Assembly (NCBI RefSeq): GCF_964355755.1
Contig: NC_092673.1
Coordinates: 25,107,648 to 25,171,647, forward strand
Direction: 5' to 3'
Length of the DNA stretch: 64,000 nt
Origin: Antedon mediterranea
Lineage: Eukaryota; Animalia; Echinodermata
The notes under the pieces were generated by a model. It was not told the DNA's origin. It was given only the letters and a program-made list of their open reading frames with translations, and made no database searches. The first letter of the stretch is position 1; every line of letters begins with the position of its first letter. This document shows, piece by piece, positions 34,616 to 45,817 of this stretch. Position numbers and translations under genes: made by a program.

Positions 34616-37600
34616 GTAAGAAGCATTTTTGGGTAGAAGCTGGGATCCACTTGATTTAGGATATTTCGACCTCGCTGATTACGAATATGGCGGATCCCAA
34701 GCGAAATTCGGCCATCTAAGCCCTTAATTTGCATAATTAAAAATGGCGGCCATTTTTTATAATTACCCTATATCTCGAGAACCACTAGTCACAGATAATT
34801 AATTTTGGTGTCAAAATGTTTTAAATATATGTGTTTATATTCACTTTAATGACACATTTTCTCAAAAAATGGATGCAAGTCTTATTTCTGACATTTTGAC
34901 CTTTGACCTTGATTTATCGTATCTCAGTAACCAATAACCGGAGAGACACGAAATAGGGCTCAAATTGTTCAGAAACTATACATTCTTATTTATTATAATG
35001 AAATGTTTTTACAAAAAATGGCCGATTCTACAACTATTGACCTTTGAACTATTAGTCAAATATAATAATATAATAATAATATAACTTTGAAAATTGTGGT
35101 CTTATGAATTTTTTTTTCTTTTTAAATTGTTTAAAACATGTGTGTTTCTATACAGTCTAATGGCACATTTTGTACAAGAATGGCCGATAGTATGGTTATT
35201 GACCTTTAAACTACAGCATAGGCCTACTGTATACTGAATATAATATAATTGCATAACTATGAAATTATTTATACTCAATAATAATTAGTAAAATTATAAA
35301 ATTCACTGCCATCAAATATGATGTGTTATGATTTATATAGATTAAAAAAAAAATTGAACACGCAAGTTACATTTGTTGAAATTTGAAATTACCTGCCATC
35401 AATATGATGGAGTATGATTATAGATTTTTTTAAATGTGAACATGTCAGCTACATTTGGAAATTACCTGCCATCAATATGATGGATTATGATTATAGATTT
35501 AAAAAAGAATTTGAACACATAAGCTACATTTGAAAATTACCTGCCATCAATATGATGGATTATGATTATAGATTTAAAAAAGGATTTCAACACGTCAGCT
35601 ACATTTGGAAATTACCTGCCATCAATATGATGGATTATGATTGTATAGTACCTGCCATCAATATGATGGATTATGATTGTATAGGTTTGAAAGAAAAGTG
35701 AACACGTAAGCTACATTTGGAATGGACATGTTAAGGGCATCAGTTTTGATCATTCATGCAAAGGTTTCCGTCATCTTTAGCGTTGTTACAGTAGCATATT
35801 AAAGCTGTACATGGTAGTTTTGACTTTTTGCACCTACATCTATATGGTTATGCATCGTGTCTTGCATCAACAATAAATCATCTCTAACGAAGCAGTAGGA
35901 ATAGCTCCATTTTTCAGAAGCACTGGTTGAAGTTTACCATTAGATAGCTCCCAACCAAAATATGTTGGTGATGGCAAATGCTGGATTGGCGATACAGCTT
36001 TTTTCAATACGAGTGCTTGGAAGTGTGCTCTTTTTATATGCTGGTGCACTGCATCGCTTGTTGGAGATAATGCCTCTGGTTTTTTGGTTTTTTTTAACAT
36101 GGCATGCCTAACTTAAAACTGTCGATAAAGGACACCACCAGACAAAGATGAACCAAAACACAGAGACCAATTCGTCGAATTATAGAAAGTGGTGAAATAC
36201 CGCTGCCAAATTGCTGGTCAAACTTGTTGGCATTACAAGATAATAATGCAGATCTGACACGATTTCTATCAGAGGAGTTGATTCGTCAAGCTCCTGTAGA
36301 CAAAGAAATTGTCACAGCTGGTGGATTTATGAAAGAATCAGTTGTTAAATCATCAAAATTGTACACGAATACGTTGTCTCTGGTCAGACCATGAAGAATG
36401 GGACACGAGACTTGTCATGCTGCCAATGTCCGATACGACACAGTTGTAGTTGCTTCTAGGGATACAGACGTACGTAATAGTGATTCTAGTGTCTCGCTAC
36501 CAAAGCATGGTATCCAAATGGATGATGACAGGGACATCCAAAAAAAAGTATCTATAAAAGACATTTTTCAAGCCTTGCCCGAGGGTTCTGCAATAGCACT
36601 GATTCCATTCCACACTATTAGTGGATGCGATACTACCTCATATCCAGGGAAGAGTTAAATTATATTAATACATACATACAGTAATTTAACTCTTCACTGC
36701 TCATATCTAAGTGATCACTCAAAGGCATCGGCATGGGAAGTATTAAAAAAAGGTATGAACTAATTAAAGACCTGGGAGAAAACCTATCAGTGACCAAGTT
36801 ATTATGAAATCGGAAAGATTCATTTGCTACGTTTACGGTGTTGGTCAAGTTAAAAGTACCAATAAAGTTAGGCTTTAAAAAAAAAAGGCATTACCTCCAA
36901 CAAGCGATGCAGTGCACCAACATATAAAAAGAGCACACTTCCAAGCACTCGTATGGAAAAAAGCTGTATCGCCAATCCAGCATTTGCCATCACCAACATA
37001 TTTTGGTTGGGAGCTATCTAATGGTAAACTTCAACCAGTGCTTCTGAAAAATGAAGCTATTCCTACTGCTTCGTTAGAGATGATTTATTGTGGATGCAAG
37101 ACACGATACATAACCAATAAATGTAGGTGCAAGAAGTCAAAACTATCATGTACAGCTTTATGCCGCTGTAACAACGCTAAAGATGACGGAAACCTTTGCA
37201 TGAATGATCTTAACTGATGCCCTTAACATGTTCATTCCAAATGTAGCTTACGTGTTCACATTTTCTTTTAAATCTATACAATCATAATCCATCATATTGA
37301 TGGCAAGTAATTTTCAAATGTAGCTTACGTGTTCAAATTCTTTTTTAAATCTATAATCATAATCCATCATATTGATGGCAGGTAGGCTACTATACAATCA
37401 TAAGCCATCATATTGATGGCAGGTAATTTCCAAATTTCCAAATGTAGCTGACGCGTGTGTTCAAATTCTTTTTAAAATCTATAATCATAATCCATCATAT
37501 TGATGGCAGGTAATTTTCAAATGTAGCTTACGTGTTCAAATTCTTTTTAAAATCTATAATCATAATCCATCATATTGATGGCAGGTAATTTCCCAATTTC

Positions 37601-38836
37601 CAAATGTAGCTGACGTGTTCAAATTCTTTTTTAATTCTATAATCATAATCCATCATATTGATGGCAGGTACTATACAATCATAATCCATCATATTGATGG
37701 CAGGTAATTTCCCAATTTCCAAATGTAGCGGACGTGTTCAAATTCTTTTTTAATTCTATAATCATAATCCATCATATTGATGGCAGGTACTATACAATCA
37801 TAATCCATCATATTGATGGCAGGTAATTTCCAAATTTCCAAATGTAGCTGACGTGTTCAAATTCTTTTTTAAATCTATAATCATAATCCATCATATTGAT
37901 GGCAGGTAATTTTCTAATGTAGCTTACGTGTTCAAATTCTTATTTAAATCTATAATCATAATCCATCATATTGATGGCAGGTAATTTCCAAATGTAGCTG
38001 ACATGTTCACATTTTAGAAAATCTATAAGCACACTCCATCATATTGATGGCAGGTAATTTCAAATTTCAAATTTCAAAAAATGTAACTTTCGTATTCAAA
38101 TTCCTTTTTAAATCTATATAAATCATAACACATCATATTTGATGGCAGTGAATTTTATAATTTTACTAATTATTATTGTGTATAAATAATTTCATAGTTA
38201 TGCAATTATATTATATTTAGTATACAGTAGGCCTATGCTGTAGTTAAAAGGTCAATAACCATACTATCGGCCATTCTTGTACAAAATATGCCATTAGACT
38301 GGATAGAAACACACATGTTTTAAACAATTTAAAAAGAAAAAAAAATTCATAAGACCACAATTTTCAAAGTTATATTATTATTATATTATTATATTTGACT
38401 AATAGTTCAAAGGTCAATAGTTGTAGAATCGGTCATTTTTTGTAAAAACATTTCATTATAATAAATATGAATGTATAGTTTCTGAACAATTTGAGCCCTA
38501 TTTCGTGTCTCTCCGATTATTGGTTACTGAGATACGATAAATCAAGGTCAAAGGTCAAAATGTCAGAAATACGACTTGCATCAATTTTTTGAGAAAAAGT
38601 GTCATTAAAGTGAATATAAAAACATATATTTAAAACATTTTGACACCAAAATTAATTATCTGTGACTAGTGGTTCTCGAGATATAGGGTAATTATAAAAA
38701 ATGGCCGCCATTTTTAATTATGCAAATTAAGGGCTTAGATGGCCGAATTTCGCTTGGGATCCGCCATATTCGTAATCAGCGAGGTCGAAATATCCTAAAT
38801 CAAGTGGATCCCAGCTTCTACCCAAAAATGCTTCTT
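34616..38836. mobile_element. Foldback derivative of an Academ(X)-like DNA transposon with ~1.5-2-kb inverted arms
   Basis: aagaagcatttttgggtagaagctgggatcc... is inverted at both ends, flanked by (T)GAT. Internal XPG-like SRDTDV / FHTISGCDTTS and Cys-rich CGCK..CRCKK..CTALCRC remnants. Confidence 0.75.
37240..38150. repeat. ~60-75-bp minisatellite (ataatccatcatattgatggcaggta) in the right arm; shorter inverted array at ~35300-35720
   Basis: The motif recurs more than 12 times in the right arm and in fewer copies in the left arm. Confidence 0.9.
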
Positions 38837-40409
38837 GATTCGTTTTCTAGGCCGTTTTTTTGAGAAATGGAACCTGTCTATTTGGGAATCGGTGGTCTTC
38901 CTGTTGAAAGGTGGGGTGTTAAAGCCCCGAAAATGACTTTGTGGGCGATAGCGTTGTAGCATTAAGTTGTGAATAAGGTCGCCCCGTACTGTGGCCCATG
39001 AGCATTTGGTATGTTCCCTAGCTCTCCGAAAAGCCTCATCGTATGACCGCCAATTTTGTGCGTTGTTTCGCATCATGATTTGAATTTGCTTTGCGTAAGT
39101 GAAAATGTCTTGCATATCTGTAGGGTGATAGCTTAGGTGTATGGTGGCGAAGTCGTAAAATGCCATGGACCATTCATGTTCGGACAAGAATCGTTTTTTC
39201 TTTTTTGGCACCATTTCAAGGCCCCCGTTGAACTGTAACGCGAATGTCGCTATCGTCTGGGTTAACGATATCTGAAAATTCAACATATTTTTGGTCTTTA
39301 ATTTTTATTTTTAATTTGTCAGGGACCAAAGCTCCGGCCTTAATTCCCCCGGTATACCGGAGAGGGGGTTTTGAGCTGCATCTCCTTCAACAATAGTATA
39401 TGGAATAAATGTGTCTTTAGCTGGTGTGGCAATAGTGTCTGGTGCTTGAGTGAGTGGCATGGCAATATCTGATATATTAGGCCTACTTGGTGTTGTGTCG
39501 TCGAAGAACCGAGTGCTGTTTAGTTCTCCGTCGTTAGCTATTGTAGTAGTGGTATCGGATATGCCTATATTAGACTCCCCACACTTACTCAAATTAGTAA
39601 CTACCTCGGCCAATCCAGAAATCATGTGCTCCATTTTTTCCAGCCTTTCCGAGACCTCGGCGGGAACCGCCGAAACGTTACTTGTGTCAGTATTAGCTGT
39701 AGGCCTACTGGTAGAAGCAGTGGTAGGGAGCTTTTTCTTCTTAGCTAGTTGTTTAGGTGTAGTTTGTGCTTTCCTTTTTGGTGCACCAGAAGCCCCAGAA
39801 GTGCTGTTGGATTGTTTGGGTGCTGTTTGTTGTTTCTGTGTCTTACGTGCTGTCCGTTTGGCCATTATGAACCCCTAGCAGAAATCGATATAAGAAGACA
39901 ATACAACAAAATGTTAATAATGTTTACCAAACGTAGTATGTATTGCCGTTCGATATAATTTTTATAGGTATTATACATATGTATAATGGAGCTAGGCTGA
40001 ATTCAAACTTCAGTTCGTAGACGTTAATATAGAAAGTTAGCTTATATTTTTTTTTACTAAGAAGTGGAAGTGTGTATATATTAATATATATATAAAATAA
40101 CATATATTATTAAAACTAGAATTTAACTCGTCATTTTGACCTAATGTATATAAATGAAATAAATAAGCAACAGTGTCCTTAGTAAATATATCACACAGTA
40201 GGGAAAACTGGATACTGGAAGTTTTAATATCTGATTACTAAGGCGAAAATGCTAGTCTGTTATCGCCCGACATACCATACCAATGTGTAATGTGGGTTGC
40301 GGTTACTATAGTGCCTGTCAGTTAAAGCACGCCTGATTTCAGTATAAATCGTACTCTTTGGCCCGAACCTGATACAGTACTGTTAAAAGAGCTTTTATCA
40401 CAAAAATGT

Positions 40410-41208
40410 TTGTGTCGTTAATCGCACGACATACAAGAGAATTTATGTATGTGCCTTGTCTTCGACTAAGGCGAAAGTAAATGTGCGAGTCTTTATCGCA
40501 CGACATATAAAATTCATGTGCGAGTCGTTAATCGCACGACATACAAGAGAATTTATGTATGTACCTTGTCTTCGACTAAGGCGAAAGTGAATGTGCGAGT
40601 CATTATCGCACGACATATAAAATTCATGTGCGAGTCGTTAATCGCACGACATATAAGAGGATTTACGTATGGGCCTTGTCTTCGACTAAGGCGAAAGTGA
40701 ATGTGCGAGTCATTATCGCACGACATATAAAATTCATGTGCGAGTCGTTAATCGCACGACATACAAGAGAATTTATGTATGTACCTTGTCTTCGACTAAG
40801 GCAAAAGTAAATGTGCGAGTCATTATCGCACGACATATAAAATTCATGTGCGAGTCGTTAATCGCACGACATACAAGAGAATTTACGTATGGGCCTTGTC
40901 TTCGACTAAGGCGAAAGTAAATGTGCGAGTCATTATCGCACGACATATAAAATTCATGTGCGAGTCGTTAATCGCACGACATATAAGAGGATTTACGTAT
41001 GGGCCTTGTCTTCGACTAAGGCGAAAGTAAATGTGCGAGTCATTATCGCACGACATATAAAATTCATGTGCGAGTCGTTAATCGCACGACATACAAGATG
41101 ATTTATGTATGTACCTTGTCTTCGACTAAGGCGAAAGTGAATGTGCGAGTCATTATCGTACGACATATACGATTCATGTGCGAGTCAATCATCGCACGAC
41201 ATATAAGA
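40410..41208. repeat. 110-bp tandem repeat (~7 copies) in the 5' leader of the DIRS element
   Basis: Same-frame ORF starts at 40518, 40628, 40738 and 40848 give a 110-bp period. Each unit has two gtgcga-N8-tcgcac hairpins. Confidence 0.95.
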
Positions 41209-41733
41209 GAATAATTATGTGTATAAGTATACAGAAATATATATATATATGTATATATAATATATATAATGTTATATGTATAAAGTCAAAAAAAAAAAAA
41301 AAACAAAAAAAAACAAAAAACAAAAACAAAAAACAAAAAACGTGTGTTAAATCACAATGGCGACCGAACATTAATACAGTTGGCCCTCGTGTAAACTGGA
41401 ATCACACCAGTCCGGACACACCCTAAAATGCACTCACGTTACCACACATACAGTACATAGGTAGACTTTCCATAACGGAAAGGGCTGTATTTGTAGTCGT
41501 GGAAATTATGAGTAGGCTAACTGAGTTGTGTCGCATAAGGTGCCGGATTGTTAGAAAACTTACTTGTAAAAAAGTTGTCGTGTTAGGATGGAAATCGGTG
41601 ATGGAAAAATAAGAAAATTTTGTCTTCAACTTAAAGTGATCGTGTTAACAGAGAGCGTGCTTGATCAAAGAGGTCGAAAACCCGCCCTCTCCGTTCTCAA
41701 AATAGAATTGTGTTCACAACCCAATTCTTGATT

Positions 41734-42105
41734 ATTTCCTCGTGCATGGGAGGAACTACCGGTAGAAATAAGGGATTCATTAATTTTAAATACAGGTATT
41801 AAGACTTTTATAAATAAGCTTAAAATATATTTTAAGTAAGATTTTGGTATGTATTGACGATTTTTAATGATACTGTAATATATTTTAATTTATTTTGATA
41901 TAGTATTATATGCAATTTTAATGTTTAATTACAAATTTTATTCTAAATGTTTTTTTATACAATCAGTGCAATAGGAGACCTACTAGATAGTGATTAAGTT
42001 TGCTTTTTAGGAATCCTGTCTCTGCCTGGTTTTGTGTGATGTTTTCTTGTTCTTGTCCATGTTTTTTTTTATATTGTATTATGAGACAAAATAAATGAAA
42101 TGAAA
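41734..42105 (+). mobile_element. 3' end of the LINE interrupted by the DIRS element
   Basis: FPRAWEELP...FK coding remnant, then a 3' UTR ending aataaatgaaatgaaat. Confidence 0.65.
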
Positions 42106-43457
42106 TCTTCGAGACGTCATATGGCTGCATCCGGTTTGAAATTTAAAAATCCGGCTGTATAGATTTGAGGACATGTCCCTGTAGTATATTCATGCCAAAT
42201 CCCAGCTCAATACTACAAATAATAAGGGAGGAGCAGTACTTTAAAAATCGCACTTTTTACTCAATAGTGTCCAGATGGAGGAGGAGAAAATGAGTAAGTC
42301 CTAGACTCGGGTACCCCGAGTAAAAAGTATTTAGTTTGATGTGGTTAAATGATTCCAGAGCATCATACGTCATGTTTCTAGCTATTCTTTCAGGTCAATT
42401 GATAACTCTTGCAAAGCGCGAACATTTCTAGTAAACATACTTTTTAAATAATGAAATGAATTTTTTGTATTGTTTCTTTTGTCTATCTGGATATGAAGTG
42501 TTTTTTCAAAATACCAGACTAAACATTTTGGCAAATTTAAGCCTAATACAGGTCAAATTAGCAATTGAAGTGACGGTACCTGTTGTATGTTAACAAGAGT
42601 GAAAACTCTTGAGGTAGATTTTTCTATGCACTTGCGACGTCACAGCAATCTACGGCGACGGCTGTACGGCGAGCGCGTGCGGCGATACCGTACGTCTCGC
42701 GATTGTTCGGAAATCATATATGTACATTCCTAATACGTTGTTAAAATATGGTTCTCGGTAAAGTTGTCCTTTAAGTGTAACAAAGATTTTAGTAACAGTA
42801 ATTAAATTTTGTTATAGAAAGGCGTTTGGACTTTCAAATGCAATTAAGCCACATTTGTATTTAATGTACTTGAGGTCTACCGACGTATTTATCATTTTAG
42901 GATTACGGTAACCCAAAGTGGACACAGCAAGTGGATAAGTGTAGGAAGAATTCCGGGCTCTTCTTTTTAAAGCAGACTACAATCATTTAGTATATGTTCT
43001 ACAATAATGGTTCAGTTTTATAAATCAGTTGTTGAAAGTGTTATATTATACAGTTGTTCTTGGTTTGGTACGGCTGTGAAAATTATGACGATAAACACGC
43101 TATAAATAAAATTGTTAACAGTGCTTCTCCTAAGCAATGTTTATCATAAATGGCCCATTCATCTCGGTAATTCCCACAATGTGGAGTGGTTAAAAAGAAA
43201 ACTCATCATAAAAAAATGGTTTTCTGGTGGGACTATCAATCTCCTCATACAACCATCACCAGCTTTGAATCATACATTTCCAAACTTTCTTAGCTAGGGT
43301 CAATATTTAATTGTAGATAAACCTACGTTCACACTATGTACAGATTCCACCATTTTTGTGTGTGGAAAAAAGGGGTGTAGTATTTCAGAATAGAACCGTT
43401 CACAGAATGGATTCCGTAACAAAAATCAAACAATTTGGTACCGTACATAAACACGTA

Positions 43458-43925
43458 CCGTATTTAATCGAATAAACGTCATGTGCTTTTTTTGTGCAGG
43501 AGTGTTTTTAGGGGAATTTATACGAGAGAGGCTGTAATATGGTAACATGTATACTCAAATAAATAGCCCAAGATATGAAAAAATACAACACAATTAATAT
43601 CGAGAAGTGATAAAATACAGTAAAAATTGTATCAAAGTGCTTGATAAATTGTAGATTATGTCAATCAATGAATTCTAATACAAATAGAAAAAATACAACA
43701 CAATTAATATCGAGAAGTGATAAAATACAGTAAAAATTGTATCAAAATGCTTGATAAATTGTAGATTATGTCAATCAATGAATTCTAATACAAATAGAAA
43801 TGGGTTTTAATACAATGTACTGGGGCATTTATTCGAAAGGGGGATGCGTTTATTCCAAATGATTTTATATGGGGTGGCGGGGGTTCGTGTAATAAAAGCG
43901 GGGCGTTTATTTTAATAAATACGTT
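43458..43925. mobile_element. Probable Tc1/pogo-like MITE with an internal ~110-bp tandem duplication
   Basis: ta|ccgtatttaatcgaataaacg ... cgtttattttaataaatacgt|ta imperfect TIR; duplication at ~43577-43800. Confidence 0.5.
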
Positions 43926-44564
43926 ATATAGGCCTAAACGTTTTTAATAGAATTTATAAACTGATCTAACATGGATATTTATGTCTGTGACTTCAAGTGC
44001 TGACGTTGGACACTCAATTGTATTTTTTTTGTACCAGCATTTAAGGTCTATTATCAATATTACCGTCTGTTACAACATTCTAAACTCATTGTAGCTTTGT
44101 GAGTTGGAGCGCGTAGTTCGTGGTTGCTGTAACCGGTAAGTAATTTTCAATGTACTGTATATGCCTACCACACGTATAAAATAAAGTAGGTTTATTGTTT
44201 ATGGGAATAATTTGCGCACGGGGTAACATTGTCAATATCAGGATTTTCAATAACTAAATTTAAACTGTTGATTTGCGATATTGTTTGTTGTTTCTTTGGA
44301 CATTGTCGACAAAGAGTAGATGTTTAATATTGATGATTAATGAATATTTATAATAAGAACCTAATGGTGTTAAATACATTTTTGTGTTACTACACAAAGA
44401 TCGGTGTATATAATTAAATGTTAACACTATTACTGCTAAAATAATTAATGGAATCCAGAAAGGCTTAGTTATATTTTTAATAAGGCTTTTACTAATCTTC
44501 AGCAATGACAAATATTGCAATTTCAAACAAGTTATTATATTGTGTGTGTATTCACTCAACAGCA

Positions 44565-45389
44565 ATGTTTCGACACACGGTTGTTTGTTTGTGGGTGTTA
44601 GCAGCTACAGCGTGCATCGTATGTGCTCTAAGTGAAGATGTCGCTTTGAAGAATTTCGCCCAGACGTCTAAGCAATCAAAACTAGTTTCAACCAAACAAG
44701 AGTCGAACTTGAGGAAAAACAACAATGTTTTCAGTGATGAATCGAAATCAAAAGATATTAAAAAGGATATCAATCGGTACCATGTTTACAACTACCATCG
44801 ATTCTTCTGGAATAAAGGTCATCTTTATTTGTACATTCGACAGACAATAAAACGTATCCACCGGGGTAAAACAATGTCCTACGCAGATTTCAGACAACGA
44901 TCTTTTCTCAGACTATTGCAATACCGATGGTACCATCACCGCCTGTATTTCAAAATTCACGACAGCCCATTTTCAAGATGGAGATTCATCAAATCGTATA
45001 TTCTTAATCACAAGTTGTACACTTACCATAATGGCCGATACCGTCATAATTGGGGTATACACTCTTCAAAACCATTCTTTTTCTGGTTCCGACGTCGTCT
45101 TTACTACCGTATCAAACGAGGCCGATTTTTATTCTACGGACACGTTCGTTATAGATGGAAACACGGAAGTCTGTACTACCTTCATCGCAGAGGCATCCAT
45201 AGTAAATGGGTTCTGGTTCGTACATATAAAAAACATGGCAGTACTTATCACTATCGCAATGGTCGCTACGTACGTAGTCGTAGTCGGAATTATCGCAAGC
45301 ATCATTATCGCCACAGATTAAATAATCGACGATGGAGCACAAGACGATATCGCACGAATGTATACCAAGTGCATCGCAATGATAAATAA
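44565..45389 (+). CDS. Secreted His/Tyr/Arg/Trp-rich basic protein with two diverged modules
   Basis: ATG follows the acceptor tcaacag|ca; candidate donor ccg|gtaagt at 44136. Signal peptide MFRHTVVCLWVLAATACIVCA, charged pro-like region, then a basic aromatic domain. Confidence 0.8.
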   Translation: MFRHTVVCLWVLAATACIVCALSEDVALKNFAQTSKQSKLVSTKQESNLRKNNNVFSDESKSKDIKKDINRYHVYNYHRFFWNKGHLYLYIRQTIKRIHRGKTMSYADFRQRSFLRLLQYRWYHHRLYFKIHDSPFSRWRFIKSYILNHKLYTYHNGRYRHNWGIHSSKPFFFWFRRRLYYRIKRGRFLFYGHVRYRWKHGSLYYLHRRGIHSKWVLVRTYKKHGSTYHYRNGRYVRSRSRNYRKHHYRHRLNNRRWSTRRYRTNVYQVHRNDK

Positions 45390-45817
45390 AATTTCTAACA
45401 ATGTTTCCATAAACCCACTGAAAATCCATTTAATATTCAAAAGTAAAACATCAATACATTGAGCTTTTTTTCTCTGGTATATACGCAACAGGAAAAGTAA
45501 TCAGGTTTTTTTTGTTATGCAATAGCTAGCCCTAGGCTCTATATGAATCTCATACAACATTTTTCTTTGATTTATTGTGTCAACCGTTTTCATAAAACTA
45601 TTTCTTCCGTATAATAGAAAGCAAATAAATGTATTATTTTGAAATGGCGGACGAATAAAAAGCAACAAACAGATGTTATTTGTTCAAATATATTGTTTAA
45701 ATTTCCATAAAGGAAATGTTGAAATTATGAAAAAAACCTTTCTCCGCACTTTTAATAAATAATGTTGACAGCAAACGCACTTTGTGTGTTAGGCCGAGCA
45801 AGCCAATGTCTGATTTC

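Larger units (their letters stand above)
34370..39865 (-). pseudogene. DIRS-type gag, broken and split by the Academ-derived insertion
   Basis: ORF pieces 39311-39865 and 38795-39286 (W..AF..F, NWRSYDEAFR) and a zinc-finger piece 34370-34591 (YCQAYH...C...CKFSHKCFKC...HP...C). Confidence 0.8.
30941..41733 (-). mobile_element. Tyrosine-recombinase retrotransposon (DIRS order; Ngaro/PAT-type split direct repeats A1-gag-pol-YR-B1-A2-B2)
   Basis: A repeat at 41619-41733 and 31196-31310; B repeat at 31308-31524 and 30941-31156. gag, RT/RNase H and YR ORFs on the minus strand. No TSD. Confidence 0.93.

Noticed and set aside
40410-41208. CRISPR-like repeat/spacer appearance
   Set aside because: The linkers are themselves repeated rather than unique, there are no cas genes, and the context is a eukaryotic retrotransposon.
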